This document shows, piece by piece, positions 18,171-25,702 of a DNA stretch of 33,368 nt. Position 1 is the stretch's first letter; each line of letters begins with the position of its first letter. A program made the translations under genes and the position numbers. A model generated the notes under the pieces. That model saw only the letters and a list, made by a program, of their open reading frames with translations. It had not been told where the DNA came from and did not search any database. The DNA is from an uncultured Oscillospiraceae bacterium (lineage in GTDB: Bacteria > Bacillota > Clostridia > UMGS1840): NCBI GenBank assembly GCA_964410755.1, contig CAYPIJ010000003.1:1-33368 (forward strand). The letters run 5' to 3'.

Positions 18171-18281
18171 GTCTTTTTTTAAAATTTTTTAAAAAATTTT
18201 TAATATTTTTGTAACATTGTAAAAAATACTATCATTTTTGCTGTATTTTGCCCAAAAAATCAAAAAAAAAACACAAAAATA

Positions 18282-18329
18282 AAAAGCGATTTTCGGGTAA
18301 GCAAAACGCAAACGCCAAAAATCGCTTTT
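18282..18329 (-). terminator. Intrinsic terminator of the P-type ATPase gene
   Basis: 12-bp arms aaaagcgatttt / aaaatcgctttt around a 24-nt loop, 22 nt past the stop. On the minus strand they are followed by a T-rich run (tatttttgtgttttttttt). Confidence 0.6.
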
Positions 18330-18350
18330 TTAATATTCAATTTTTAAATT

Positions 18351-20939
18351 TTACTTTTTGTTTCTCAAAAGCTTAAGCGGTTGTATCACAACAAAATTTG
18401 CAATGGAAAGTACACAAATCATAGCAATGTTAAACCCACTTAACGGAGCAACCTCAAACATAGCTTCAAAAACAGGAACAAGAAGCACCGCAAAAAGGAG
18501 AACAAAACCAATCAAAAAGGCTTTTATCATACCCTTGTTGTTAAAAAGCTTCTTTGAAAAACCGATTGCATAGTCACTTTTACAGTTAAAACCGTGAACA
18601 AGTCTTGAAAAGCAAAGTGTTGCAAAAGCCATAGTTCTTGCCGTTTCTTGATTTGTCCTCAAACCGATATAAAATGCAGCCATTGTCATAATTGCAATTA
18701 CAACACCTTCAACACCGATATTTGTAAGAATTTTCTTTGTCAAAACAGACTGATTTTTAGGTCTGGGCTTTTCTTCCATAACTCTGTTTGTATGAGGCTC
18801 ACTTCCCAAAGCTATGGCTGGCAAGCTGTCTGTTAAAAGGTTTATGAAAAGAAGATGAACAGCGGCAAAAGGTACAGGAAGATTCATAAGTGATGCAAAC
18901 ACAACGCAAAGTATACCCGCAAAATTTCCCGAAAGCAAAAATTGAATTGCTTTTTGAATATTTGCATAAAGATTTCTGCCGTTTTCAACTGCTTTTACAA
19001 TCGTTGCAAAATTGTCGTCGGTAAGTACCATACTTGCAGAATCCTTTGCAACTTCACTTCCTGTAATTCCCATTGCAACTCCAACATCGGCTTGTTTCAA
19101 TGCCGGTGCATCGTTTACACCGTCACCTGTCATGGAAACAATACAACCTCTTTGTTGCCAAGCATTTACAATTCTGATTTTATGCTCGGGAGAAACTCTT
19201 GCGTAAACCGCTACGTCTTTTACAAATTCTTTAAGCTCGCTGTCGGAAAGTTTTTCAATCTCTTTTCCCTCGCAAGCTCTGTCACCCTCACGCAAAATGC
19301 CTATTTCTTTTGCAATTGCCGATGCGGTAACAAGATGGTCACCCGTTATCATAACAGGCTTAATCCCTGCTTTTATGCACTCCGCAACAGCAGCCTTTGA
19401 TTCCTCTCTGGGAGGGTCTTGCATAGCAATAAGTCCAAGCAAAATATATCCGTTTTCATCTTCAAGACCGATATTTAAGTCTTTTACGTCTTTTTCGCAA
19501 ACAGTCAAAACTCGAAGTCCGTTATTTGAAAATTCTTCATTTGCTTCTTTTAACTTTTTCTTGTCTTCTTCCGTAAAGGCTTTTTTACCGTCATTTGTTT
19601 TCATTTCAACAATACGGTCAATCAAAACATCGGTTGCCCCCTTTGTGAGCATTTTGTAATTATCGCCTATTTTATGAACGGTTGACATAAGCTTTCTGTC
19701 GGAATCAAAGGGAATTTCCGCAAGTCTGGGAAATTGTTCTCTAACCTTTTCGTAAGGCAAATTATGTTTGTCGGAAAAAGCAATCAAAGCAACCTCTGTG
19801 GGATCACCTATTTCTTTCCCCTCATTGATTGTTGAATCGTTACACAATGCACCGTCAATAACGAGCTGACCTTGTCTTAATGTAATCTCACTGTCTCCGT
19901 CTATTATTTCACCGTCAAAATAAAGTTTTTTAACAGTCATTTTGTTTTGAGTTAAAGTTCCTGTTTTGTCGGAGCATATAACGGAAACACTCCCAAGTCC
20001 CTCAACAGCCTGCAATTTTCTTATAATTGCATTTTCCTTTGCAAGCTTTTGCGTTCCTACCGAAAGCACGATTGTAACAATGGAACTTAAAGCTTCCGGT
20101 ATTGCGGCAACTGCCAAAGCAACGGCAAAAATAAAGGAATCAACAAGTGTTTCACCTCTGAACATACTCAATCCGAAAACAACGGCACAGACAACAAGTA
20201 TTGCCATGGAAAGCTTTTTGCCGAAATCGTCAAGACTGATTTGCAAAGGTGTACGCTTTTCCTTTGTATTTTTAAGCAATGTGGCAATTTTTCCGATTTC
20301 CGTATTCATTCCGACGCCTGTAACAACGGCTCTTCCTCTTCCGTAGGTTGCAAAACTGCCGGAATATACCATATTCACCCTGTCGCCCAAAGGAGCCTCA
20401 CCCTCAATATCGCAATCTTTCTTTTCAACAGGTTCACTTTCACCTGTCAATGCACTTTCCGCACATTTAAGACTTGCATTTTCGATAATTCTTCCGTCGG
20501 CACAGACATAGTCACCGGCTTCAATAACAAGAATATCTCCGACAACAACGTCTTTCGACTCCTTTATAACGGTTTGACCGTTACAAAGCACCTTTGCGGT
20601 AGGTTCACTCATACTTTTTAAGCTTTTCAAGGATTGCTCCGCTTTCAAATGCTGAACCGTTCCCAAAATTGCGTTTATGGTGATAACCAAAAAAATAACA
20701 ACGGCACTTTCAATATCCCCCAAAATCCCTGAAATAATTGCGGAAATTATGAGAATAATAACAAGAAAATCCTTATATTGGCTTAAAAATACCATAACCG
20801 GGCTTTCTGCCTTTTCCTCCGCAAGCTCGTTTTTTCCGTACTTTTCACGATTTTCCTCTCTTGCTTCGTCCGTAAGTCCCTGTTCACTTGCACAAAGCTC
20901 TTTTAAAATGTCTTCTTTTTTCTTTTGATAAAACTCCAT
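18351..20939 (-). CDS. Cation-translocating P-type ATPase, type II (Ca2+/Mn2+-ATPase-like)
   Basis: Motifs TGES, DKTGTLT, MITGD and TGDGVNDAPALK, with about 10 TM segments. I chose the start at M54 of the ORF (MEFYQKKKEDILKEL), because the in-frame upstream 53 codons coincide with the riboswitch and terminator. Confidence 0.93.
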   Translation of the reverse strand: MEFYQKKKEDILKELCASEQGLTDEAREENREKYGKNELAEEKAESPVMVFLSQYKDFLVIILIISAIISGILGDIESAVVIFLVITINAILGTVQHLKAEQSLKSLKSMSEPTAKVLCNGQTVIKESKDVVVGDILVIEAGDYVCADGRIIENASLKCAESALTGESEPVEKKDCDIEGEAPLGDRVNMVYSGSFATYGRGRAVVTGVGMNTEIGKIATLLKNTKEKRTPLQISLDDFGKKLSMAILVVCAVVFGLSMFRGETLVDSFIFAVALAVAAIPEALSSIVTIVLSVGTQKLAKENAIIRKLQAVEGLGSVSVICSDKTGTLTQNKMTVKKLYFDGEIIDGDSEITLRQGQLVIDGALCNDSTINEGKEIGDPTEVALIAFSDKHNLPYEKVREQFPRLAEIPFDSDRKLMSTVHKIGDNYKMLTKGATDVLIDRIVEMKTNDGKKAFTEEDKKKLKEANEEFSNNGLRVLTVCEKDVKDLNIGLEDENGYILLGLIAMQDPPREESKAAVAECIKAGIKPVMITGDHLVTASAIAKEIGILREGDRACEGKEIEKLSDSELKEFVKDVAVYARVSPEHKIRIVNAWQQRGCIVSMTGDGVNDAPALKQADVGVAMGITGSEVAKDSASMVLTDDNFATIVKAVENGRNLYANIQKAIQFLLSGNFAGILCVVFASLMNLPVPFAAVHLLFINLLTDSLPAIALGSEPHTNRVMEEKPRPKNQSVLTKKILTNIGVEGVVIAIMTMAAFYIGLRTNQETARTMAFATLCFSRLVHGFNCKSDYAIGFSKKLFNNKGMIKAFLIGFVLLFAVLLVPVFEAMFEVAPLSGFNIAMICVLSIANFVVIQPLKLLRNKK

Positions 20940-20961
20940 TTTTTCTTCGTCCCTTTCTTTT

Positions 20962-21124
20962 TTGAAAATAAAAATAGCGAAACTTTTATCACAGAACACA
21001 AAAATTCCGCAATAAAAGTCTCGCTTCTTAATAACACAGTCCGGATTTACCAAAATGTAAATCGTGTATTGACGATACTGCATCACATTCTTTTTCAAAA
21101 AGAATGCAAGCTACTCCCCTTTAC
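20962..21124 (-). promoter_or_regulatory. yybP-ykoY (Mn2+-responsive) riboswitch candidate with an overlapping intrinsic terminator (ON-switch architecture)
   Basis: The minus strand starts GTAAAGGGGAGTAGC (21124-21110). It then has a perfect hairpin CATTCTTTTT-G-AAAAAGAATG, a CAGT...ACTG helix enclosing ATCGTCAATAC, a hairpin GATTTAC-attttg-GTAAATC followed by CGG, and then AGCGAGACTTTTAT (21025-21012). That last segment pairs with ATAAAAGTTTCGCT (20989-20976) to form a 14-bp terminator followed by ATTTTTATTTTC. GGGGAGUAG, CGUCAAU and GAGAC-UUUU match the conserved yybP-ykoY elements as I recall them. Confidence 0.7.
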
Positions 21125-21131
21125 TAAGATT

Positions 21132-21160
21132 ATTATATCATAAACTTTTCATTTTGTCAA
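21132..21160 (-). promoter_or_regulatory. Consensus sigma-A promoter TTGACA-17 nt-TATAAT (TGa extended -10) driving the riboswitch and ATPase
   Basis: The -35 is tgtcaa at 21155-21160 and the -10 is attata at 21132-21137 (plus-strand reading). The predicted TSS falls about 1-3 nt before the GTAAAGGGGAG aptamer start. Confidence 0.65.
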
Positions 21161-21217
21161 TACTTTTTTGTGTTTTTTGTTTTTGTAAGAATTTATCAAA
21201 AAAAGTACATATATCAT

Positions 21218-21246
21218 GGAAAATCACCATTTTATTGTGATATAAT
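21218..21246 (+). promoter_or_regulatory. Extended -10 promoter (TGaTATAAT) for the beta-helix gene, with a weak -35
   Basis: ttattgtgatataat with the -10 at 21241-21246. The -35 region ggaaaa is poor. Confidence 0.35.
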
Positions 21247-21276
21247 GAATTTAACATAAAATAAGGAGAATGTGCC

Positions 21277-22759
21277 ATGAATACAATAAGATTAAGTCCC
21301 AATGAGGACATTGCAAAAAAAATTTCCGAAGTCAACGACAACACAACCGTCGTTTTATCGGAAGGCAGATATTTTATAAATAAGGAAATAGAGTTAAAAA
21401 ACAGAAAAAACATAACAATTGAAAACGACGGAACCGTTATAATATCCGGTGCAAAGCTTTTGAATAACAAAAAGTTTAAAAAAGTAACAGACGAAAATAT
21501 TTTAAACCGTGTATGCGAAAATGCTCGCAACAAACTATATTCATACGATTTGGAAACAGACGGAATTACAAATTTCGGAAAATGGGAAGAAAGAGGTTAC
21601 CGTCGCCCCTATGTAAACGCACCTTTACAGCTTTTCAAAAACGGAGAAATCCAAAGTTTCTCACGTTATCCAAAAAAAGGATTTTTGCCAATAGGCGAAG
21701 TTATCGACAAGGGTTCCGTTCCCAGAGATGGAGACTTTTCGAAAAAACAACCTATCTTCAAATACACGGATGACCGTATTTCAAAATGGAAAGATGAAAA
21801 AAATGCTATGCTTTCGGGTGTTTTCTATATTCCCTGGGCTGATGCCACAATCGGACTTGATACAATTGACGAAAAAGAAAAAACCATAAAATTAAAATCA
21901 CCTCACCTTTACGGAGTTTTCCAAACGGACGAGAACAATCCCGGCAGAGGATTTTTCGGGCTTAATCTTTTTTGTGAATTAAGCGAAGTGGGAGAATTTT
22001 ATTGCGATAATGACGCAAAAACCTTATACGCCGTTTTGAACGATGATTTTTCAAAGGACGAATTTTGTGTTTCCGTATCCGAAGAAAATATTTTTTCAAT
22101 AATGGACTGCGAAAATATCTCAATCAAAAATTTAAGTCTTGACGGAACAAGAGCCATAGGAATTTACATTGAGGACGGAAAAGCTTTTCACGGACGGTCA
22201 AGGAACATACTCAATCTACAACGATGACAGAGCTTGCGGAACTGTTATTGAAAGCAACATTTTCTATAAGGGCGGTTATTTTGCAATTTTGCATAACTCC
22301 GCAAATGACATAAAAATCAACAATAACATTGTTATAGATTCCGTTGCTTTTCTTTTCCACGGACAAGGTCCCGTCGGTACTTACGGAAGAGAAAACAAGG
22401 ATTTTAAAAACGAGCTTGTTTGGAAGCGTTTGAACGAAAGCATAGATATGACAAAACCACCCTACAGCACAAAATATCCCGAAATGCTTACATATTTTGA
22501 CTGTGACGATATGAGAATTGAGGTTTGTGATAACATTGTTTTGAAATGCCCCAATTTTATTCTTATGTGGTCAAGGCAAGAAGACAGATTTATGGCAGGC
22601 AAGGAAGAAAAAGCTTGGTTTAAAGAAATCGGAAATGTCTATTGTGAAGATACATCTGTTTTATGTGATGTGGAAAACAACGATTTTTCAATAAACAAAA
22701 ATCACTCTTGGGCAAAGCTACTTTCTTTAAAGAAATCGATTTTAAGAACATCGGTATAA
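21277..22759 (+). pseudogene. Right-handed parallel beta-helix (pectin-lyase-fold) protein, no signal peptide, split by a +1 frameshift near 22179-22188
   Basis: ORFs 21277-22227 and 22169-22759 overlap in different frames. Both carry beta-helix rung-like sequence (ISIKNLSLDGTRAIGIYIEDGK and SIYNDDRACGTVIESNIFYKGG...IKINNNIVIDS). Strong RBS AAGGAGA 7 nt before the ATG at 21277. Removing one A from the A4 run at 22179-22182 joins the frames as GIYIEDGKLFTDGQGTYSIYNDD. Confidence 0.7.
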
Positions 22760-22804
22760 TCAATAAATAAGTAATTATTTATCAAAAAATGTAATTTTAT
22801 ATCA

Positions 22805-22834
22805 TTGAACACACAGCTTTCATTGTGGTATAAT
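22805..22834 (+). promoter_or_regulatory. Sigma-A-like promoter TTGAAC-18 nt-TATAAT (TGg extended -10) for the surface-protein genes
   Basis: cattgaacacacagctttcattgtggtataat. It implies a 5' UTR of about 135 nt before the ATG at 22977. Confidence 0.55.
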
Positions 22835-22866
22835 ATTGTATGGAAAATTATTGCTTTAATATATTT

Positions 22867-22909
22867 TGTCATTTCGACCAAGTGCCACTATCATGCACGG
22901 AAAAATCTT
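22867..22909 (+). repeat. Copy B of the bipartite motif TGTCATTTCGAC-15 nt-TGCACGGAAAAATCTT, inside the 5' UTR of the 901-aa surface-protein gene
   Basis: Exact 12-mer match to 13688-13677 (minus strand) and a 14/16 match of the second box. The box spacing is 15 nt here versus 16 nt in copy A. Confidence 0.55.
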
Positions 22910-22976
22910 AATTATATAATATGTTATACGTAAAAAAATTAATTACAATAAAAGATTTAAGAAAGGAAAAACATTT

Positions 22977-25682
22977 ATGAAAAAACTATTATGTTTATTC
23001 TTAACACTCACAATGGTTTTATCTTTAGGTTGCATTTCGGTTTTTGCCGACAGCGATTACACAGAGATAAGACTTGCCAACACAGAAACAATGGCAACAT
23101 TCGACCAAAGTATCACTCTTAAAGCAGAGGGATATAACGGAACAGCTTGGGAAGAAATCCCAAACAATCAATTAAAATTCACAGCTCAATCACGTTTTGT
23201 AGATATTTCCGCAGATGGCGTTGCAAAACTGAACAACGATTTTTTTGCTTCATTCAATAAAGGAGCATCAGACGGAAAATCTTTAAGTACACCGATAACA
23301 GCTACATATAAAAAAACAGACGGCACTGTACTTGCAAAGAAAATACTTCTTATGTTTGGTTCACAAGCAAAAAAAGACGGTTATTCAAATTCAGGTGTAC
23401 AAACATGTGATACCGTTGCGGAAAGTGTTCCCGGTTTAACAGGAGAAAAAGTTTTTTCTTCTGCTGCTATATCCGGAAAAATTTCTGAATATTTAAGCGG
23501 TTACAGTACAGAATCATTTTACGAAGCATGGTTTTACGATCCCAACGATTCACAAGTGGGCGGTTGCATAGCTTTGGCCAACGATGCAGTAGGCAATTCA
23601 AACTTTTATTTATACATAAAAGCAAGCAGTGCAACACAATATTTCGTTGCTGACGGAGTAAATCCAGCCGATGGTTTTTCAGGCAACGACTCAACAGGTG
23701 GTAAAGCAATTGCTACACGTTTCAAAGGTTGGCACCAATTTGTAATAAATCTTGTTACGGGTAAAAAATTAAAAGCATATTTAGACGGTGAACTTGTATA
23801 CGAAAAAGAACTTTCCACAGTTATAAACAATTCAGCTATGAAAATTTTAAGAATATACGGCGGCGGAAATCTCTATTATGACAAAATCCGTGTTATGCGT
23901 TCAAAAACCGTTCCCGAAAACACCCCAACCGTAAACTATGCAAATGTTTTGGGAACTGTTGCAAGCAACAGCGTTCTTACGGCAGATTACGAAGTTATTT
24001 TCCCAAATGCTCACAATAAAGCAAATTCCACAGTTCAATGGCAAGTAGCCGAAACCTACGAAAAAGCAAAAGCAGGAGAATTTGCGGACATTGAGAACGA
24101 AACATCTTCAACATACACCGTTACAGATGCAACAAAATTCTATCGTATTGCCGTTACACCAAAATCAATGAACGGTGAAAACGAAGTAACAGGAACAGTT
24201 TACTGCTCAGAATATGTTGCAGGACCAATTGCACCGGAAGCTCAAAACGTTACATTAAGCAGTATCAACTATTCGGGTGCTACTCTTTCCGTAAATTACA
24301 ATTACAGAGATGCCAACGATGATGAAGAAGACACACCTGTTTATAAATGGTATTCTTGCAATACAAAAGACGGCGAATTCACAATAATTGAAGGTCAATC
24401 TAACGACACATTCACAATCACAGATGATTACGCAACAAAATACATCAAAGCTTCCGTAACACCTTTTTCAAAGGTTGAACCCAAAGAAGGTACGGAAACA
24501 TTTTCAAACGCTATAGCACCTTTTGAAAAACCTGTTGTAAAAGACGTTAAAATCAGCGGTAATTACGGCATAGGCGAAACTCTTACCGGTTCTTATACTT
24601 ATGTAAGCGATGCGGAAGAAGACGCAACAATATTAAAATGGTACAGAAAAAACGGAGACAACATTGAACCTGCAAAACCGGAAAGCAATAAAAATGACGA
24701 ATATGCTTACAAATATACCGTTACAAATTCAGACATCGACTGCGAAATCTTTTTTGAAGTAACACCGATTTGTAAAGATCCAAGCAACATTGTTCCCGAA
24801 TCGGGACGTACGGGAACAGCCGTAAAAAGTGAAGGTTTTTCGGGTGCTGTAAGACCTGTAGGCACAAATGCACGTTTTAGCGGTTCTTTAACAGCAGAAA
24901 ACACAGTAACTGTTGAATACGATTATTCACACAAGTTAAACATACCTGAAGGAAATACACAATATAGAATTTATGTTGGCGGACAATTGAAATCCGACCA
25001 AAAAACACTTCACTTAACAGCAGATATGGCAGGAAAACAGATTTTCGCAACAGTTACCCCATCATCTGCCGTTGAACCGAAAAACGGTGATTCAATAACA
25101 ACAGCAATCGGAGTTGTAGGCTACAACTACCAAACACCAATAACAGTTCCAAGCGGCGGCACAAGCTACGGCGGTGGAGGCGGTGGTTCTTATTCTTCAG
25201 CCGAAACTGCGGAAACAAAAGCATTGAGAGCAGTTAAAAAAGCAATTGTTCTTCTTGTAAATTCCAACAATTCTCTTGTAAACGGAGCAAACAAAAATAT
25301 AGACACAAACACATTTGTTGCACCTTTCATTGAAAATTCAAGAACACTTCTTCCATTAAGATTTATTGCGGAAAGCTTAGGTGCAACCGTTGAATGGAAT
25401 GACGCAACAAGAGAAATTAAGATAATTAACGGTTCAACAACTGTTATAATGCACCTTGACAGCGATGTTTACTATGTAAACGGAGTGGAATACAAAATGG
25501 ACGTTGTTGCAAAAAGTGTATCGGGCAGAACAATGATTTCCGTAAGATACATTTCCGAAAGCTTGGGCAAACAAGTATTCTGGGACGATAAGGGACTTAT
25601 TGTGGTGTCGGACAACAACAATATTTTCAATTCAAAAACAGACAGTGTGTTAATAGATGCACTTATAAACAAACTTAAATAA
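22977..25682 (+). CDS. Secreted multidomain cell-surface protein: signal peptide, ConA/LamG-like region, four divergent Ig-like repeats of about 95 aa, Gly linker, C-terminal copper-amine-oxidase-N-terminal-like (stalk) domain
   Basis: Signal peptide MKKLLCLFLTLTMVLSLGCISVFA/DS. GWHQFVINLVTGKKLKAYLDGELVYE is LamG-like. Repeats end in ...Y(R/I)I(A/K)(A/V)(S/T)VTP. GGTSYGGGGGGSYSS forms the linker. The C-terminal LPLRFIAESLGATVEWNDATREIKI...ISVRYISESLGKQVFWD matches the Cu-amine-oxidase N1-type fold common in clostridial wall proteins. RBS GAAAGGAAAAA. Confidence 0.9.
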   Translation: MKKLLCLFLTLTMVLSLGCISVFADSDYTEIRLANTETMATFDQSITLKAEGYNGTAWEEIPNNQLKFTAQSRFVDISADGVAKLNNDFFASFNKGASDGKSLSTPITATYKKTDGTVLAKKILLMFGSQAKKDGYSNSGVQTCDTVAESVPGLTGEKVFSSAAISGKISEYLSGYSTESFYEAWFYDPNDSQVGGCIALANDAVGNSNFYLYIKASSATQYFVADGVNPADGFSGNDSTGGKAIATRFKGWHQFVINLVTGKKLKAYLDGELVYEKELSTVINNSAMKILRIYGGGNLYYDKIRVMRSKTVPENTPTVNYANVLGTVASNSVLTADYEVIFPNAHNKANSTVQWQVAETYEKAKAGEFADIENETSSTYTVTDATKFYRIAVTPKSMNGENEVTGTVYCSEYVAGPIAPEAQNVTLSSINYSGATLSVNYNYRDANDDEEDTPVYKWYSCNTKDGEFTIIEGQSNDTFTITDDYATKYIKASVTPFSKVEPKEGTETFSNAIAPFEKPVVKDVKISGNYGIGETLTGSYTYVSDAEEDATILKWYRKNGDNIEPAKPESNKNDEYAYKYTVTNSDIDCEIFFEVTPICKDPSNIVPESGRTGTAVKSEGFSGAVRPVGTNARFSGSLTAENTVTVEYDYSHKLNIPEGNTQYRIYVGGQLKSDQKTLHLTADMAGKQIFATVTPSSAVEPKNGDSITTAIGVVGYNYQTPITVPSGGTSYGGGGGGSYSSAETAETKALRAVKKAIVLLVNSNNSLVNGANKNIDTNTFVAPFIENSRTLLPLRFIAESLGATVEWNDATREIKIINGSTTVIMHLDSDVYYVNGVEYKMDVVAKSVSGRTMISVRYISESLGKQVFWDDKGLIVVSDNNNIFNSKTDSVLIDALINKLK
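23922..25121 (+). repeat. Four tandem, highly diverged protein-level repeats (about aa 316-415, 419-515, 517-625 and 626-715 of the 901-aa protein)
   Basis: Recurring pattern: (L/V)(T/S)(A/V/G)xYx(Y/V), then an acidic patch, then W(Q/Y), then (Y/F)T(V/I)T, then (V/A)TP, then G. The similarity is visible in the translation only, not at the DNA level. Confidence 0.5.
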
Positions 25683-25702
25683 CAGAGAGGAAAGAAAACG
25701 CA

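Noticed and set aside
20940-21098. The first 53 codons of the 915-aa ATPase ORF, as a possible genuine N-terminal extension.
   Set aside because: This stretch coincides with the riboswitch aptamer and a terminator hairpin with a U-run. The P-type ATPase homology begins at MEFYQKKKEDILKEL, and the promoter TSS lies only about 27 nt upstream of the ATG at 21098.
21138-21533. 131-aa minus-strand ORF overlapping the start of the beta-helix gene and the divergent promoter region.
   Set aside because: It is hydrophobic and low-complexity with no RBS. It overlaps the strongly supported plus-strand start (AAGGAGA-ATG at 21277) and the ATPase promoter, so it is most likely spurious.
22169-22227. Programmed ribosomal frameshifting as the explanation for the split beta-helix gene.
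   Set aside because: There is no canonical slippery heptamer or downstream stimulatory structure. The required shift is +1 at an ordinary A4/T4 context, so a mutation or sequencing indel is the simpler explanation.
22842-22913. 23-codon ORF (MENYCFNIFCHFDQVPLSCTEKS) starting about 6 nt after the -10 box, possibly a leaderless Cys-containing micropeptide that overlaps motif copy B.
   Set aside because: The homologous motif copy at 13.6 kb has a stop codon in the same register (TGT CAT TTC GAC TAA). The shared sequence is therefore not conserved as coding, and there is no other evidence.
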